A stretch of DNA of 64,000 nucleotides from a virus (IMGVR_UViG_3300028624_000003:1-64000); one strand, 5' to 3'. Positions 1 to 10,487 are shown, counted from the stretch's first letter. A program made the numbers and translations. The notes: generated by a model not told the origin, from the letters alone.

Positions 1-72
1 GCCGAACATGTGATACCAGAACATAGTACATTAGTACACACTGCAGGGATCCCTGCAGTGTGTATCTCGAAA

Positions 73-642
73 TTACTCGACAATGAGCTTGCGAAGAACT
101 TCCGCAGGAATTGCATCTGCTTTACTGATGTAAGAGATCGCATCATCGAAATAAGTGCGATATGCACAAACCAGACGACGGACCGACTCACAATCTGCAT
201 GCTGGTCGAGAACCTTTTGTTCGAGAGACTCTTCCGCCATTTTCGAAACAAAACGGTTCATACATACCGCCATGTTCTTATCTGCGAAAGATCTCACACC
301 ATTCTCAGCTGCAGAACACGCACAGAATGTACGAAATGCACGTTCGCTGAATGTGGACTGTCCACGAAAAGCTTCCACAAACAGCTGAGCAAGCTCGTCC
401 TGAAAAGATGTGGGAAGCATATTGAGCTTCATGATCTTTTCGCCGGCTTCCATGATTTCAGTACGAAGTTCCGAAAGCTTCTTTCCGTTTTCATGCTGCA
501 TCTTGGCATACTCGATGAGTACAGACGCCACGGCAGCGGAACGAAGGAAAAGCTCACTCGACAGAGGAAGAGACTTACGCATGGCAATTACGTCTTTCTC
601 TATGACAGGATCGATTGACAGCTTTGTGAGTTTGTTCAGCAT
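73..642 (-). CDS. hypothetical protein, divergent from DNA polymerase
   Basis: 189-aa ORF with a GAGG RBS upstream; ends just before the 30-bp palindromic hairpin at 35-64. Confidence 0.7.
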   Translation of the reverse strand: MLNKLTKLSIDPVIEKDVIAMRKSLPLSSELFLRSAAVASVLIEYAKMQHENGKKLSELRTEIMEAGEKIMKLNMLPTSFQDELAQLFVEAFRGQSTFSERAFRTFCACSAAENGVRSFADKNMAVCMNRFVSKMAEESLEQKVLDQHADCESVRRLVCAYRTYFDDAISYISKADAIPAEVLRKLIVE

Positions 643-735
643 TGAACCTACCTCAATTCGTTAATGTTAACAACCATCCTCTATGTCATAGAAGATAATT
701 GAGCTACCAAAATCTCATACAATGAGGTCTAAGAT

Positions 736-2856
736 ATGCCTGGTGTACAACGAGAAAGTTTACTTGCTTCTTACGTGGAAAATCAGCTGGCGTATTTGAA
801 AGCACTACATCCTCAAGTAACAGAAGAAAAATTGAGGGAGTTCGTACACAAGCAAGTACACGATAAATTAAAGCGACCCCGTGCTAAACTGATAGACCAT
901 CCATCTCCAGGAAATACCGAACTAAAAGAAGTCGATTTGCTCACACACATTCGAGCAAATCAATCACGCATCATTACCCCAAGTGGTACGATATACAAAT
1001 CGACGGATGAACTAGTGGCATTTGACAAACAGTTCATCGATGCGCTACGAAATCGACGAGACGTAGCAAAAAGAGAAATGCTATCGTTACTTGCGGAAGG
1101 AAAAACAAAAGAAGCAGCGCTCAAGAACTTCGTGCAAGCACTTAACAAAATTCTCGTTAACTCGATTATCGGTAGTAATGGGAATGACAAGAACGCAATG
1201 TACGACCTAGAAGCATTCGGTGGTGTTACATCGATGGCACGACATGGTGTCATCATGGCTTACGCATACGTCGAGAGATTTCTGACATCCAATTTTTATT
1301 TCCCAGACATGGAACACGTGATTAACTACATTGTTACTACCAAGAAGTTTGCACCGTCCAAAGAAGTCATGCGTGAGCTTACTGCCAAGTATCAAATGGT
1401 TAATCCACTCCCATGTGAAGTCGCTGATATGCTGTGCAACAGTCTTAATCAGTACACTTCGTCACATACCAGAAACTTGCACGAGCTGAATCGCATTCTA
1501 GAGTGTCTACCCCAGCACGAACTGACCTTCATCTACTACTCCAGAAACCTTTACAATCTTTTTACTACCAATGAGCATTTCTGGAAAAAGTGGATGAATG
1601 ATTTCTGGAACACGCACACCGAAGTCACGAAAGAAGAACTGGAGTATACAAGTCCTGCATCTTTACGGAAGATAGATGGCGATCTTCTTCAGGTTATGGC
1701 CACAATCCACTCTGATGACTTGAAGGGTGTCCAGATAAAGAAGATAGCCGAGAAAGACGAAAAGATGGCGACATTCCTTGCCGCAGTCGGTGCAAGAATG
1801 CAAGAAAAGCTTAGCGCACTTGACGATCTTTTTCAGGTGTTTCTACACAACAAGACTTTTATCAGTCATATACACTCACAGCGTGCGATCATTCGCAAGT
1901 GCGTAGCTATCTCAGATACTGACTCCGTACTGTTCACCACGAAGCACTTGGTTACGTGGTATCTCGGAGGTGAGTTCAAATTCACCAAAGAAATGTACAA
2001 CTGCAATGCACTTGTAGTTTATCTACTCACTAAGTCTCTAGCTACGATCATCGAGCATATGTCACGTGCACGAGGTGCAACAGGTGACAACGTCGGTATC
2101 ATTGAAATGAAAAATGAATACTTTTACCCAGTAATGATTAAGACCAATCTGGGTAAGCATTACGCTGGAGATATCACGATCCAGGAAGGTAACGTACTTA
2201 CCAAACCCAAGACTGACATCAAAGGCGTCTCTTTCATGTCATCTAACCTACCAAAGGTTACGCACAACTTCACCAAGAAGATTTTGAATCAGATCAAAGT
2301 AGATATGATGGAGAAAACTAAACTCTATCTATCCGACTACATCGTCGATACGTACAATTACGAACAGCAAATTTACAAATCACTGAAGTCAGGTGAATTT
2401 ACATACTTCCCAAATATCGCCATTCGCGATAAGGAAGAGTACAAGAAACCTGAATCTTCTGTATATGTAAACTACGAACTGTGGCAAAAAGTATTCGCGC
2501 ACAAGTACGGAGATATCAAGTTACCTACAAAGGTACCTATCATTCCGATTGATCCGAAAGCATTCCGAGATGCGAGATATCTTTCATGGCTTCAGGGCCA
2601 AAGCAAAGACATTCATGACAAGCTAGTTGCACACATGGATACACTTCCTAAGGGGAAGAAGATCGGAAGAATTCCTTTGTCTAGCGATCTGACGAAGGTC
2701 CCTGACGAACTCATTCCGATCATCATGATGCGACCTATCGTATTTAAGAATCTCCAGCCAGTGCAACTTGCACTAAAATCGATAGGTCTTGATCTGGGCA
2801 ATGCTAAGAAGTGTCCTCTAGTATCCGACTACTACTCGATCAATACCATTAACTAA
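736..2856 (+). CDS. family B DNA polymerase, polymerase domain (phiKZ gp50-like; exonuclease domain encoded separately)
   Basis: Motif B-like KILVNSIIG, motif C SDTDSVLF, KHY and IKG motifs; 706 aa with no evident Exo I-III motifs. Confidence 0.85.
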   Translation: MPGVQRESLLASYVENQLAYLKALHPQVTEEKLREFVHKQVHDKLKRPRAKLIDHPSPGNTELKEVDLLTHIRANQSRIITPSGTIYKSTDELVAFDKQFIDALRNRRDVAKREMLSLLAEGKTKEAALKNFVQALNKILVNSIIGSNGNDKNAMYDLEAFGGVTSMARHGVIMAYAYVERFLTSNFYFPDMEHVINYIVTTKKFAPSKEVMRELTAKYQMVNPLPCEVADMLCNSLNQYTSSHTRNLHELNRILECLPQHELTFIYYSRNLYNLFTTNEHFWKKWMNDFWNTHTEVTKEELEYTSPASLRKIDGDLLQVMATIHSDDLKGVQIKKIAEKDEKMATFLAAVGARMQEKLSALDDLFQVFLHNKTFISHIHSQRAIIRKCVAISDTDSVLFTTKHLVTWYLGGEFKFTKEMYNCNALVVYLLTKSLATIIEHMSRARGATGDNVGIIEMKNEYFYPVMIKTNLGKHYAGDITIQEGNVLTKPKTDIKGVSFMSSNLPKVTHNFTKKILNQIKVDMMEKTKLYLSDYIVDTYNYEQQIYKSLKSGEFTYFPNIAIRDKEEYKKPESSVYVNYELWQKVFAHKYGDIKLPTKVPIIPIDPKAFRDARYLSWLQGQSKDIHDKLVAHMDTLPKGKKIGRIPLSSDLTKVPDELIPIIMMRPIVFKNLQPVQLALKSIGLDLGNAKKCPLVSDYYSINTIN

Positions 2857-2910
2857 GACAAATGGGGAGGGTCGCAGGACCCTCCTATAACTACAAAATG
2901 GATAGTTATC

Positions 2911-3366
2911 GTGAGCAATTTTAACACAAATATAGGGATAACTGAGTACAAACTAGACGAACGTACCCACCATCTCACCGGATGGCTAGTCAATAGAAAG
3001 AGAATATCTGATGACTGGTCTGATCCTGTAGTAGATGGTGTACGGTATGATTCCAGCTACACTGATCGAATGTACTCACCTGAAAATGGTACAATTCACG
3101 TTAGGCTGGATACCGGGTATTTCGTACAACTCATAAAACCTAAAAAGGAACTTGACATGGGGATGCACAGCACACTCGGCATCCGTGAATATCGAAAGAA
3201 TCCAAATACTAAGATAGTCACGGGTGTCCTCTACAAGAAAGATGAGCGCACTGAGGAATGGAAAGAACTCGGTTCTTACACTTTCTTAGAGATAGCCAAA
3301 AAAGAACATCAGGACAAAACCACGGTGATCACCGAAAATGGTACGTACATTGACATACTCGAATAG
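2911..3366 (+). CDS. hypothetical protein
   Basis: 151-aa ORF between two hairpins; weak internal duplication (GITEYK.D..T..LTG / GIREYRK...T..VTG). Confidence 0.7.
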   Translation: MSNFNTNIGITEYKLDERTHHLTGWLVNRKRISDDWSDPVVDGVRYDSSYTDRMYSPENGTIHVRLDTGYFVQLIKPKKELDMGMHSTLGIREYRKNPNTKIVTGVLYKKDERTEEWKELGSYTFLEIAKKEHQDKTTVITENGTYIDILE

Positions 3367-3420
3367 ACTGAAGATACTACTCAGGTAGACCCTCGAGGGT
3401 CTACCTGAGCTATTGGATAT

Positions 3421-3891
3421 CTATCTCGAAAGCTGTTGTACTGCATGCTCTGCCAGATCGTCGGCTGCTTCATTTCCGGGATCTCCGTTATGTCCTTTGA
3501 CCCATTCGAATGAAACTTTCGTGTGGCGCTCAATCTCGCTATTAAGTTCTTCCCACTCGTCTCGATTCTTTACTGGGGCACCAGTCGATGATTTCCAGTT
3601 ACGTTTCTTCCAGCTGTCCATCCATCCGTCAGTAAATGCTTTTGTCACGTACTGACTATCGGACTTAACAATTATTTCACGTCCGGGTTCTAGCTGAGCG
3701 AGACCTCGTGCTACTGCTGTGATTTCCATCTTGTTGTTGGTGGTATCAGTATCGTTACCACAAACTACCACACCTACGTCAGGCGCAATCGCAGCATAGC
3801 CACCTTTTCCGTCAGGATATGCACTGCCGTCAGTATAGATGACAATTGGGTCGGAATGGGAAACTTTGGGAGCTTTCTTTTTTCTGGCCAT
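3421..3891 (-). CDS. rnhA: ribonuclease HI
   Basis: IYTDGS, TNNKMEI, SDSQYV and WVKGHNGDPGNEAADDLA motifs; start placed at MARKK after a GGAGG RBS. Confidence 0.95.
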   Translation of the reverse strand: MARKKKAPKVSHSDPIVIYTDGSAYPDGKGGYAAIAPDVGVVVCGNDTDTTNNKMEITAVARGLAQLEPGREIIVKSDSQYVTKAFTDGWMDSWKKRNWKSSTGAPVKNRDEWEELNSEIERHTKVSFEWVKGHNGDPGNEAADDLAEHAVQQLSR

Positions 3892-3993
3892 ACTCGCGAT
3901 ACCTCCATGGTTCGTAGTATTGTCAGACTTATTACTAAAGTACATCATCAGACTAGTACAGGCTCGAAAGCCTGTACTAGGTGGATATTTTTG

Positions 3994-4572
3994 CTACTTC
4001 ACAAACTTCGAGAACAACTCCCACAGGGTGATACAACCTGCAGCCACGACAATGAGTGCGCCCCATGTCGATTTGAAGAAACCAAGAATGGTACAGATCA
4101 CATCTTTGCTCTTCTGTATTGCATCGATTTTTGTCTGAAGAACTTCGACCCGCTCACTCAACTCACGGTTGATCTTTTGCTGGTTTTCGTTTTCAGCTTT
4201 GAGCAGCGCGATCTCTTTCGATAGTTTTTCTATCTTCACAGCTATGACACTGAACTTCTTAGGACAATCCTGACGATCGCCGTCTATATCCTCAATTTGT
4301 TTCTTGAGAACTTCGACTTCAGTGCATACCGTGTTAACTTTCTGTTCGAGTGTGTTTACAAATGCTTGGATTTCGCGAATGGCATTCGAATACGACCTGA
4401 ACTTATCCGTCAACTTCGTGACACTGGTGTGCAACGTACTGGCTTTGATTACCAGATCTTTGAGCTGCTCATCTGTGCGCGTCTGAAGCTCACGAAGAAT
4501 CCCGCAGTCCTTTACGAGATCTACCATCGCTTTCTGTGCCCAGGCATCGTCAGTTTTGCTGTCGATAGGCAT
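3994..4572 (-). CDS. coiled-coil protein with C-terminal membrane anchor (lysis-associated?)
   Basis: Heptad-rich body and C-terminal hydrophobic segment WGALIVVAAGCITLW; lies downstream of the holin and endolysin. Confidence 0.6.
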   Translation of the reverse strand: MPIDSKTDDAWAQKAMVDLVKDCGILRELQTRTDEQLKDLVIKASTLHTSVTKLTDKFRSYSNAIREIQAFVNTLEQKVNTVCTEVEVLKKQIEDIDGDRQDCPKKFSVIAVKIEKLSKEIALLKAENENQQKINRELSERVEVLQTKIDAIQKSKDVICTILGFFKSTWGALIVVAAGCITLWELFSKFVK

Positions 4573-4627
4573 ATTCCACCAGTCCCGCCTTATCACAATT
4601 GTGTGGTTTAACCGGATAACTGCCCCA

Positions 4628-4885
4628 TTATGTACGACACCAGATGGTGACACATTCTGAGTCTGATTTCCGTTTCATTGCTGATGTCGTGCGTTCAATA
4701 CTCAGACTATCTTTCTCAACTTCGTTTATAAACGCGCACACTACAGAGTTGGTCTTATCGGAAACCTTACCAAGTAAGATTAACCGATCCAACTGCTGTT
4801 GAGCAATTTCTGCAGTGTCGCGTATTAGCTGAGAGACCTGTCGAATACTGTCTGCCGACAATTGGGTGTCTGTGGGGTCGGTCAT
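4628..4885 (-). CDS. hypothetical protein
   Basis: 85-aa ORF with a GAGG RBS, in the lysis operon. Confidence 0.6.
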   Translation of the reverse strand: MTDPTDTQLSADSIRQVSQLIRDTAEIAQQQLDRLILLGKVSDKTNSVVCAFINEVEKDSLSIERTTSAMKRKSDSECVTIWCRT

Positions 4886-4903
4886 TTAGGCGATCCTCAT
4901 TCG

Positions 4904-5542
4904 TCATCCGACGATGGGTTTGTCGTCTCCCCCTTCAACTTTAGCATCCCCCGATCTATCGGTGCGACGACGCTGTTGCATGCTAGCATATTTCATACCT
5001 AGGGCACCACCAAAGAAGAAGCTGACCAGTATCAGTAGAAGGTTACTGTTTGTACTGATGATCTGGTTAACGTACTGTGCCTTGTCTTGCGGTATATTCA
5101 GGAAAGTCACAAGAAACATGAATAGGAAAATAAACGTAGTAACCACCAATGCATAGATGTAAATAAAGTTGGCTGCAAACCATGCACTTCTGATAGCAAA
5201 GTCGTCACCTGTTTTGGTAACTTCCAATGCGGTCGATAGTGCCGTAGACTGAAGATCTCGTGCGTTCTTTGTATCGCCTGCATCGAGCTCCATCTTTCGT
5301 ACCAAAAGACTTTCGAGTTCCTCTCGTTTGCTGGTGACGAGTTGTACTATCTTTTGGATTTGTTCTTCTGAGAGTTCAGTAGGTTCACCCGCTCCGTCAA
5401 CTAACGGAATGCCCGTACGTGTTTCAATGAACTCTTTCGTTTTTTGGATTCCCTCATCGGTCGCACCTTTAACAAGGTCGGAGAGAAAACCAATACCTCT
5501 CGATGCCAGAATCGCTAGTAACGGCGTGATGATCGGATCCAT
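4904..5542 (-). CDS. putative holin (3TM/GTA-holin-like)
   Basis: DTKNARDLQ motif, two C-terminal hydrophobic helices ending FFFGG, basic tail; adjacent to the endolysin. Confidence 0.65.
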   Translation of the reverse strand: MDPIITPLLAILASRGIGFLSDLVKGATDEGIQKTKEFIETRTGIPLVDGAGEPTELSEEQIQKIVQLVTSKREELESLLVRKMELDAGDTKNARDLQSTALSTALEVTKTGDDFAIRSAWFAANFIYIYALVVTTFIFLFMFLVTFLNIPQDKAQYVNQIISTNSNLLLILVSFFFGGALGMKYASMQQRRRTDRSGDAKVEGGDDKPIVG

Positions 5543-5634
5543 GACTACCCTCCCATTTAAGGCGTCAGCATACTATTTTTAATATTTTACACGATGTATC
5601 AGTAGCTCACCTCCGAAGAGGTGAGCTACTGTGA

Positions 5635-6126
5635 TTAGACATTCAGAGAAATGATACTCCCGTCTTCGTTGAACGAGTTGTAGATGTCCATATGGAACCA
5701 CGAAATGGGTTTACCATTCAACGTAGATTCCACGCGATGGATGTACTTGAAGTGCTCAGCCCCCTTCGGTGTGTTGTACCGGAATCCAGGATCAAAGCAC
5801 CCGACTTTCTTCATCTCTTCTCGTATTTCTTCGGCAGTCGCATTTTTGAATGACATGTCCAGTGCACATCCAAATTTGTGAGCACTGAAGAGAGCACCTG
5901 TCGAGGTATCAGGGTCACGAAGACCACGTTCTTTCAGAGTACCACCGACCTTCCAGTTATTGATAGTGGCAGGTCCATACTTCTCACGAAGTAAGTCAGC
6001 AGTCATCAGCAGGAAAGGGTTGAACACATAGAAGAGTCTGCGTTCAGCATTTGCCTTGATTGCTTTGTTGTACATGACAGGACCTACGAGTTCGTAGGTT
6101 TTGAAGTACTTCGGAGTATACACCAT
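5635..6126 (-). CDS. peptidase M15-family endolysin
   Basis: YFKTYEL..LREKYG..INNW..RGLR..SAHKFGCALD..WFHMD: SxH-x6-D plus HxD zinc ligands. Confidence 0.85.
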   Translation of the reverse strand: MVYTPKYFKTYELVGPVMYNKAIKANAERRLFYVFNPFLLMTADLLREKYGPATINNWKVGGTLKERGLRDPDTSTGALFSAHKFGCALDMSFKNATAEEIREEMKKVGCFDPGFRYNTPKGAEHFKYIHRVESTLNGKPISWFHMDIYNSFNEDGSIISLNV

Positions 6127-6782
6127 TAACCTCCCTGCTGCATTTTCATTATGTCAGCCGCAGACATCCCACCGAGAGATACTGTGTTTTGGTAAGGATC
6201 CGTCAGACACGGGATCCATTCAGTTGCGGTAGATCCTTTCTCGATTTTCATTCGAGTAAGTTTAGCAACCGCCAAAGCATCGCTGGTGATATGTTCGATA
6301 CAGAGGAATCCGCCTACGATGTCCGCAGGAGTCATGAACTTTTTCTGTACTCGGAGTTCTTTCGCGAACAATTGTTCAAACAAAACGGCCAATCCACTTT
6401 TTGCGGCATGATCGTTCAGTTGCTCTTGTTTCTGGAAAAACATCGTCATTCTCAGCGTGTTTTGTGCCAGAAAAGTCCCGCTAAAGACGTACTCGGTACT
6501 GGGCTCCAGAGGTAGCGAATAACTGGAGAATCCTGCGCCTTCAGTACTTCCGGTCATCAGGAAATAGGAGAAATCATCGATGATGAAATCATCCCGAAAG
6601 TTTATCACTTTATCGGTATTGATCCATCCACCGAGATTCATCATACCTGTGGAATTGTAGAGCAGATTCGGGTTTATGATTTTCGGTACAGTAGCGTCGT
6701 GCATGTCACTTCCATGTACACGCATTTCACCACCACCAGAAGAACCACCACTTCCTGCCCAGTTATTGGTACCCCAAGTCAT
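6126..6782 (-). CDS. tail-associated carbohydrate-binding-module protein
   Basis: NLLYNS...KIEKGSTATEW signature typical of phage tail CBM-like domains. Confidence 0.6.
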   Translation of the reverse strand: MTWGTNNWAGSGGSSGGGEMRVHGSDMHDATVPKIINPNLLYNSTGMMNLGGWINTDKVINFRDDFIIDDFSYFLMTGSTEGAGFSSYSLPLEPSTEYVFSGTFLAQNTLRMTMFFQKQEQLNDHAAKSGLAVLFEQLFAKELRVQKKFMTPADIVGGFLCIEHITSDALAVAKLTRMKIEKGSTATEWIPCLTDPYQNTVSLGGMSAADIMKMQQGG

Positions 6783-6794
6783 TTGGTACTCCTT

Positions 6795-7241
6795 CTAGAC
6801 GAAAAGAATGTGACCGAATGTGGGGTTATCTACTTCGTTTTCGTCGGTGTTCTTCACGACTACCCACACATATCGAGAAATCGGTACCGAAATCATTTTG
6901 TGCAACTTGGACTGGGGAGGGACTATGATGCTATCCGGCATCTTGAAAACCATTCCCCCACCAAGACGCGAATTGTTGATATTGTCCGGGTCTATATCAG
7001 CAAAAACACCCCGAATTTCATTGGGTATCTTTTTCCAGTTGGAATAGTACACGTCTATTGTGCAACCTTTTTCGGAAACACATTGAACAGACATCGATCC
7101 CATAACAGTGTTCGTCACTTGGAGATCGATTTCTTCAATCACCTTTTCAGCATGTCTGAGACGTACAAACCCTCCAGAGGGGTTCGTGTTCTCAAAAGAT
7201 TCTGGATTACCTTCGCCAAATGCACGAACATAAAAAGCCAT
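6795..7241 (-). CDS. hypothetical virion-associated protein
   Basis: ORF starting MAFYV after a GGAGG RBS, within the fibre cluster. Confidence 0.6.
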   Translation of the reverse strand: MAFYVRAFGEGNPESFENTNPSGGFVRLRHAEKVIEEIDLQVTNTVMGSMSVQCVSEKGCTIDVYYSNWKKIPNEIRGVFADIDPDNINNSRLGGGMVFKMPDSIIVPPQSKLHKMISVPISRYVWVVVKNTDENEVDNPTFGHILFV

Positions 7242-7347
7242 GGAGATCCTCCAGATAGTTACTGTTAGTATTACTTGAAATTGCATAACATAAAAGAGGT
7301 GGGACCCGAAGGACCCACCTCTTTATTAGACGTTGTAGTTTTTTGGA

Positions 7348-8034
7348 CTACGGGGTGACCATACCAGCGAGTTCGGCCGCGGTGGGACCAGGGATGAACA
7401 CGACGTGGTCATCACGGATGGCATGAGCCTTGAGGTCAGCCAGGTCAGCACGCTCGGTCTTCAGCATGAGGCACTTGGTGTCGCCATCGATAAGGACTTC
7501 GACGGTGTCGGAGACCTTGTGGTAGGGAGCGAGCATGGTGTCGAAGTTGATGTCCATCGACTCAGTTTCGCCGACCTTATCCCACTTGGAGCCGTCCCAG
7601 GTGTACTGAGCGGAACCAGCAGAGACGGTCGAGTCGGCGACGGCGTCGATGACGAAGATCAGACCGTTGCGCTGATCTCCAGCAAGGGCGTCACGAGCAG
7701 CGATGTCAGCGACGTACTTCACGGCACCAGCGACAACGCCGGTAGGAAGCATGGACATCGAGATCTTGCCAGTACCGTCGAGGGTGGCAACACCATCAGC
7801 GGCGCCTGCCTTGTCAAGCAGGGTCTTCTGGGCCTGAGACAAGGGGGCGTCGATCTTTGCGGGAAGCTCGGACCACTTCTTGACGCCGTCACCGATCTTG
7901 ACCACACCGGTGTCGGTGTTCATACCGAACTGGCCCTTGAAGAGCACCGCGTCATTGGCGGCCCAGCCAGCAGTGGTGTCGTTGGCGATACCAACGGCAG
8001 CGTGAAGAGTCTTCACATCGGGATTCAGAGGCAT
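7348..8034 (-). CDS. fibre/decoration protein with Mtd/hyaluronidase-like N-terminal domain
   Basis: WAANDAVLFKGQFGMNTDTGVVKIGDGVKKWSELP motif and GVATLDGTGK fibre motif; strongly C/G-ending codons. Confidence 0.7.
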   Translation of the reverse strand: MPLNPDVKTLHAAVGIANDTTAGWAANDAVLFKGQFGMNTDTGVVKIGDGVKKWSELPAKIDAPLSQAQKTLLDKAGAADGVATLDGTGKISMSMLPTGVVAGAVKYVADIAARDALAGDQRNGLIFVIDAVADSTVSAGSAQYTWDGSKWDKVGETESMDINFDTMLAPYHKVSDTVEVLIDGDTKCLMLKTERADLADLKAHAIRDDHVVFIPGPTAAELAGMVTP

Positions 8035-8134
8035 AGTTGTACTCCTTGGTACTTTTCAGATTTAGTCAGATAGTGTAACGTCTCTGACCTTCTATAGAAT
8101 TACTCTACAATTACACAGTGTAGTTGCAGAGAAT

Positions 8135-8653
8135 TTATCCAGTATACACCACGTCAATGGCGGACAACTCTTCGATACTCTTGGCAGCTACCACCAATTT
8201 CTCTTTACTTTCTTGCCAATAGAAGCAGTAATCTGCATGATCGTTAACTGCGGTGTACAACGCATTGAACATCGTAGCAGTCAGATCGACCCACACACCA
8301 TCACTGGCTCGCCACCTTTTTGTCAGTGACGGATCATCACGAAATTCGTTCTTCAGGTTGGCGTAGCTCGTACGTGCATTGAGGTCTGTATCGTATTTGA
8401 TACCATCCACCACAATACCACTATCACGAACACGCTTCTTTTCTTCCTGAATGAGAGCATACACCCGTTTCTTCGCAATTGCGAGTATCGCAGTGTCTAT
8501 CTGCTCAGGTGTGGGCTGAGGATAAGGAAGATTCCAGTCCACTATAACTGGAACCATACCAGTATCAAGTGAAGACTCTACCGTCCACGATCCTGGAGCC
8601 GCCTCGGGAAAAAGCTCCAAAAGTACTTCATGAAGACTGATGTCGATCATCAT
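8135..8653 (-). CDS. tail fibre assembly chaperone (XkdW-like N-terminus + DUF4376-like domain)
   Basis: IVDWNLPYPQPTPEQ and GIVVDGIKYDTD..WRASDGVWVDLT motifs; directly follows the fibre gene. Confidence 0.7.
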   Translation of the reverse strand: MMIDISLHEVLLELFPEAAPGSWTVESSLDTGMVPVIVDWNLPYPQPTPEQIDTAILAIAKKRVYALIQEEKKRVRDSGIVVDGIKYDTDLNARTSYANLKNEFRDDPSLTKRWRASDGVWVDLTATMFNALYTAVNDHADYCFYWQESKEKLVVAAKSIEELSAIDVVYTG

Positions 8654-9462
8654 TTCTTCTCCAACGTAAGTGTGCAGAAGGTGGAACCTGCGTACAGCTT
8701 AGCTGCACCACTGACCGCCTGCGCATACACATCGATGATGTCACCAACGACCCCGCGGAAAGTCACGTTCAATTCCAGTGCCATCCACGTACCAGTTACT
8801 GCCAACCAGTCTCCAGTCTGAGGATTTATTGCACTGTTATTTCGACGAACCTGAGTGTACACGCCTGCTGCAGGGTATCTATTTGACAGAAGATTGACTC
8901 GTGCCGTATACATACCCGGCTCAGTCAGAATCATCCTCAGTGCTTTCTTGTTATTAGGATCTCTCCAGTCTTCTCCACCATCAATTACGGGAAGCTCGAG
9001 AGTAGATACAAGCTGAGTCCACACACCGTTAGAAAGAGCAAACTCTCCATTCGATGTATTGAATCCAATCTTACTGAACTTAGCAGTACTTGCACCAAGG
9101 GCATCGAGTGCTGCTTTAAGTCCTGCAGGTGTAACTGCACGTGTATTGTCCGTACCAGCAAGAGCCATAGCAGTCGTCGCAAGACGAACTATACCTTCTG
9201 TGGTGGTGTCCGCTACAGGTATGGGAGTATCGAGATACGTGGGAAGCTGTGCCCAAGTGTGCACACCGTCACCCAACTTGATGTAAAGCGGAGATACTGC
9301 AGGATTATTCGCCTGCAGAAAGTCGTCGATAGAGATACCTGCACCTGCAGCTATCTCAATACCGATCACTCCTACAGGGAGTACGTAGTTACTTTGTGCA
9401 AGCCACCCGTCAGTCGTATCGATGGTGTGACCGACTACTGCGTTCAATATTTTTGGGGGCAT
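8650..9462 (-). CDS. tail fibre protein
   Basis: Mtd-N-like KLGDGVHTWAQLP, fibre repeat ADTTTEGIVRLAT..AVTPAGLK, C-terminal beta-sandwich (C1q-like). Confidence 0.75.
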   Translation of the reverse strand: MPPKILNAVVGHTIDTTDGWLAQSNYVLPVGVIGIEIAAGAGISIDDFLQANNPAVSPLYIKLGDGVHTWAQLPTYLDTPIPVADTTTEGIVRLATTAMALAGTDNTRAVTPAGLKAALDALGASTAKFSKIGFNTSNGEFALSNGVWTQLVSTLELPVIDGGEDWRDPNNKKALRMILTEPGMYTARVNLLSNRYPAAGVYTQVRRNNSAINPQTGDWLAVTGTWMALELNVTFRGVVGDIIDVYAQAVSGAAKLYAGSTFCTLTLEKK

Positions 9463-9632
9463 TATCTCCACCTCACATGAAGTTTTCAATGGAGTATATA
9501 CAGATCTCCATATATGTTGGATGTGGTCACATTAAGCGCATATGATGTGTCAAATGAGGTCCCCAGAGAGGAGAGCCACTGGCTCTCCTCTCTGGTGCAG
9601 TACGGGCTAGCATCTTGCCCTGTTTGCTCGAC

Positions 9633-10487
9633 CTATTTCGATTCCTGACTGTTCTTCGTCAGTGACACCGCAGCGGCGGCGATCTTTTCCCGTTCGAGAT
9701 ACTGAGGTCTCTTACAGATACGCTTACCTTCTGGGCAGTAGCCGAGTCGTATGCACTTGGCACCGGCGTTGCCGAAAACTGTAGGATAGTGTGCGTTGCA
9801 GATGTCAAGCATCTGACTGGCCATGTCGCGGATTTCCCACTGTGCCCGATTGCAGCAGCGTTCAGCAAAGAAATGAAGAAGAGACCTGAAGTTCATCGTG
9901 ATGGTAATCGCAGATGCGGCCGCTTGGGGTGTAGCGTATCTCGCATCCTCTGCAGGGATGCCTTCGTCGACAGCGAAGCGATAGAATTGTTCGATCTCCC
10001 TGATCACATTTTCAAACCGCTCGAGTACAGCGGGATTGGTATGGTTGCGGATCGTTTCGGGTAGAATGAACGGAATGTCGCTGAATTCGACGTATCGTTG
10101 CGATTGTTGGGAGTACGAAGCGATGCGGTGACGAACGAGTTGATGTGTAAGCGCACGAGACACACCACTGATGTGGAACGTCAGAGATGCATGTTCCAGT
10201 ACCGAGACGTGACCTGAGTCGATGACCGACTTTATCAACTTCTCGATCTTCTGGAACTTCAGGTTCATGACATCAAGTTCTGCCATGGTACTTCCTGTTA
10301 AGGAATCGATCTCTTCGATTCCGGCTAGGATTGCCGGATCAGTGATGTCTGAGGTACATGTTTTGCACCCGATGTAGATCTTCAGAAGATTCACTCGAGT
10401 CATTTCTTGACGTGATATCGGTACGATGTCGTCAAGAAGAGTCACCTTCAATTTCGCTCTGTGCATTTGGGTTGTTCCTTTGGCCAT
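9633..10487 (-). CDS. thyX: FAD-dependent thymidylate synthase
   Basis: GHVSVLEH, ThyX motif RHRIASYSQQSQRY, EDARY, AQWEIR; the start may be at 10466. Confidence 0.95.
   Translation of the reverse strand: MAKGTTQMHRAKLKVTLLDDIVPISRQEMTRVNLLKIYIGCKTCTSDITDPAILAGIEEIDSLTGSTMAELDVMNLKFQKIEKLIKSVIDSGHVSVLEHASLTFHISGVSRALTHQLVRHRIASYSQQSQRYVEFSDIPFILPETIRNHTNPAVLERFENVIREIEQFYRFAVDEGIPAEDARYATPQAAASAITITMNFRSLLHFFAERCCNRAQWEIRDMASQMLDICNAHYPTVFGNAGAKCIRLGYCPEGKRICKRPQYLEREKIAAAAVSLTKNSQESK

Noticed and set aside
10-618. 202-aa + strand ORF
   Set aside because: Antisense to 73-642, which has an RBS and a terminator; this ORF runs through the palindrome.
7405-8073. 222-aa + strand ORF antisense to the fibre gene
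   Set aside because: Same shadow-ORF effect from C/G-ending codons.
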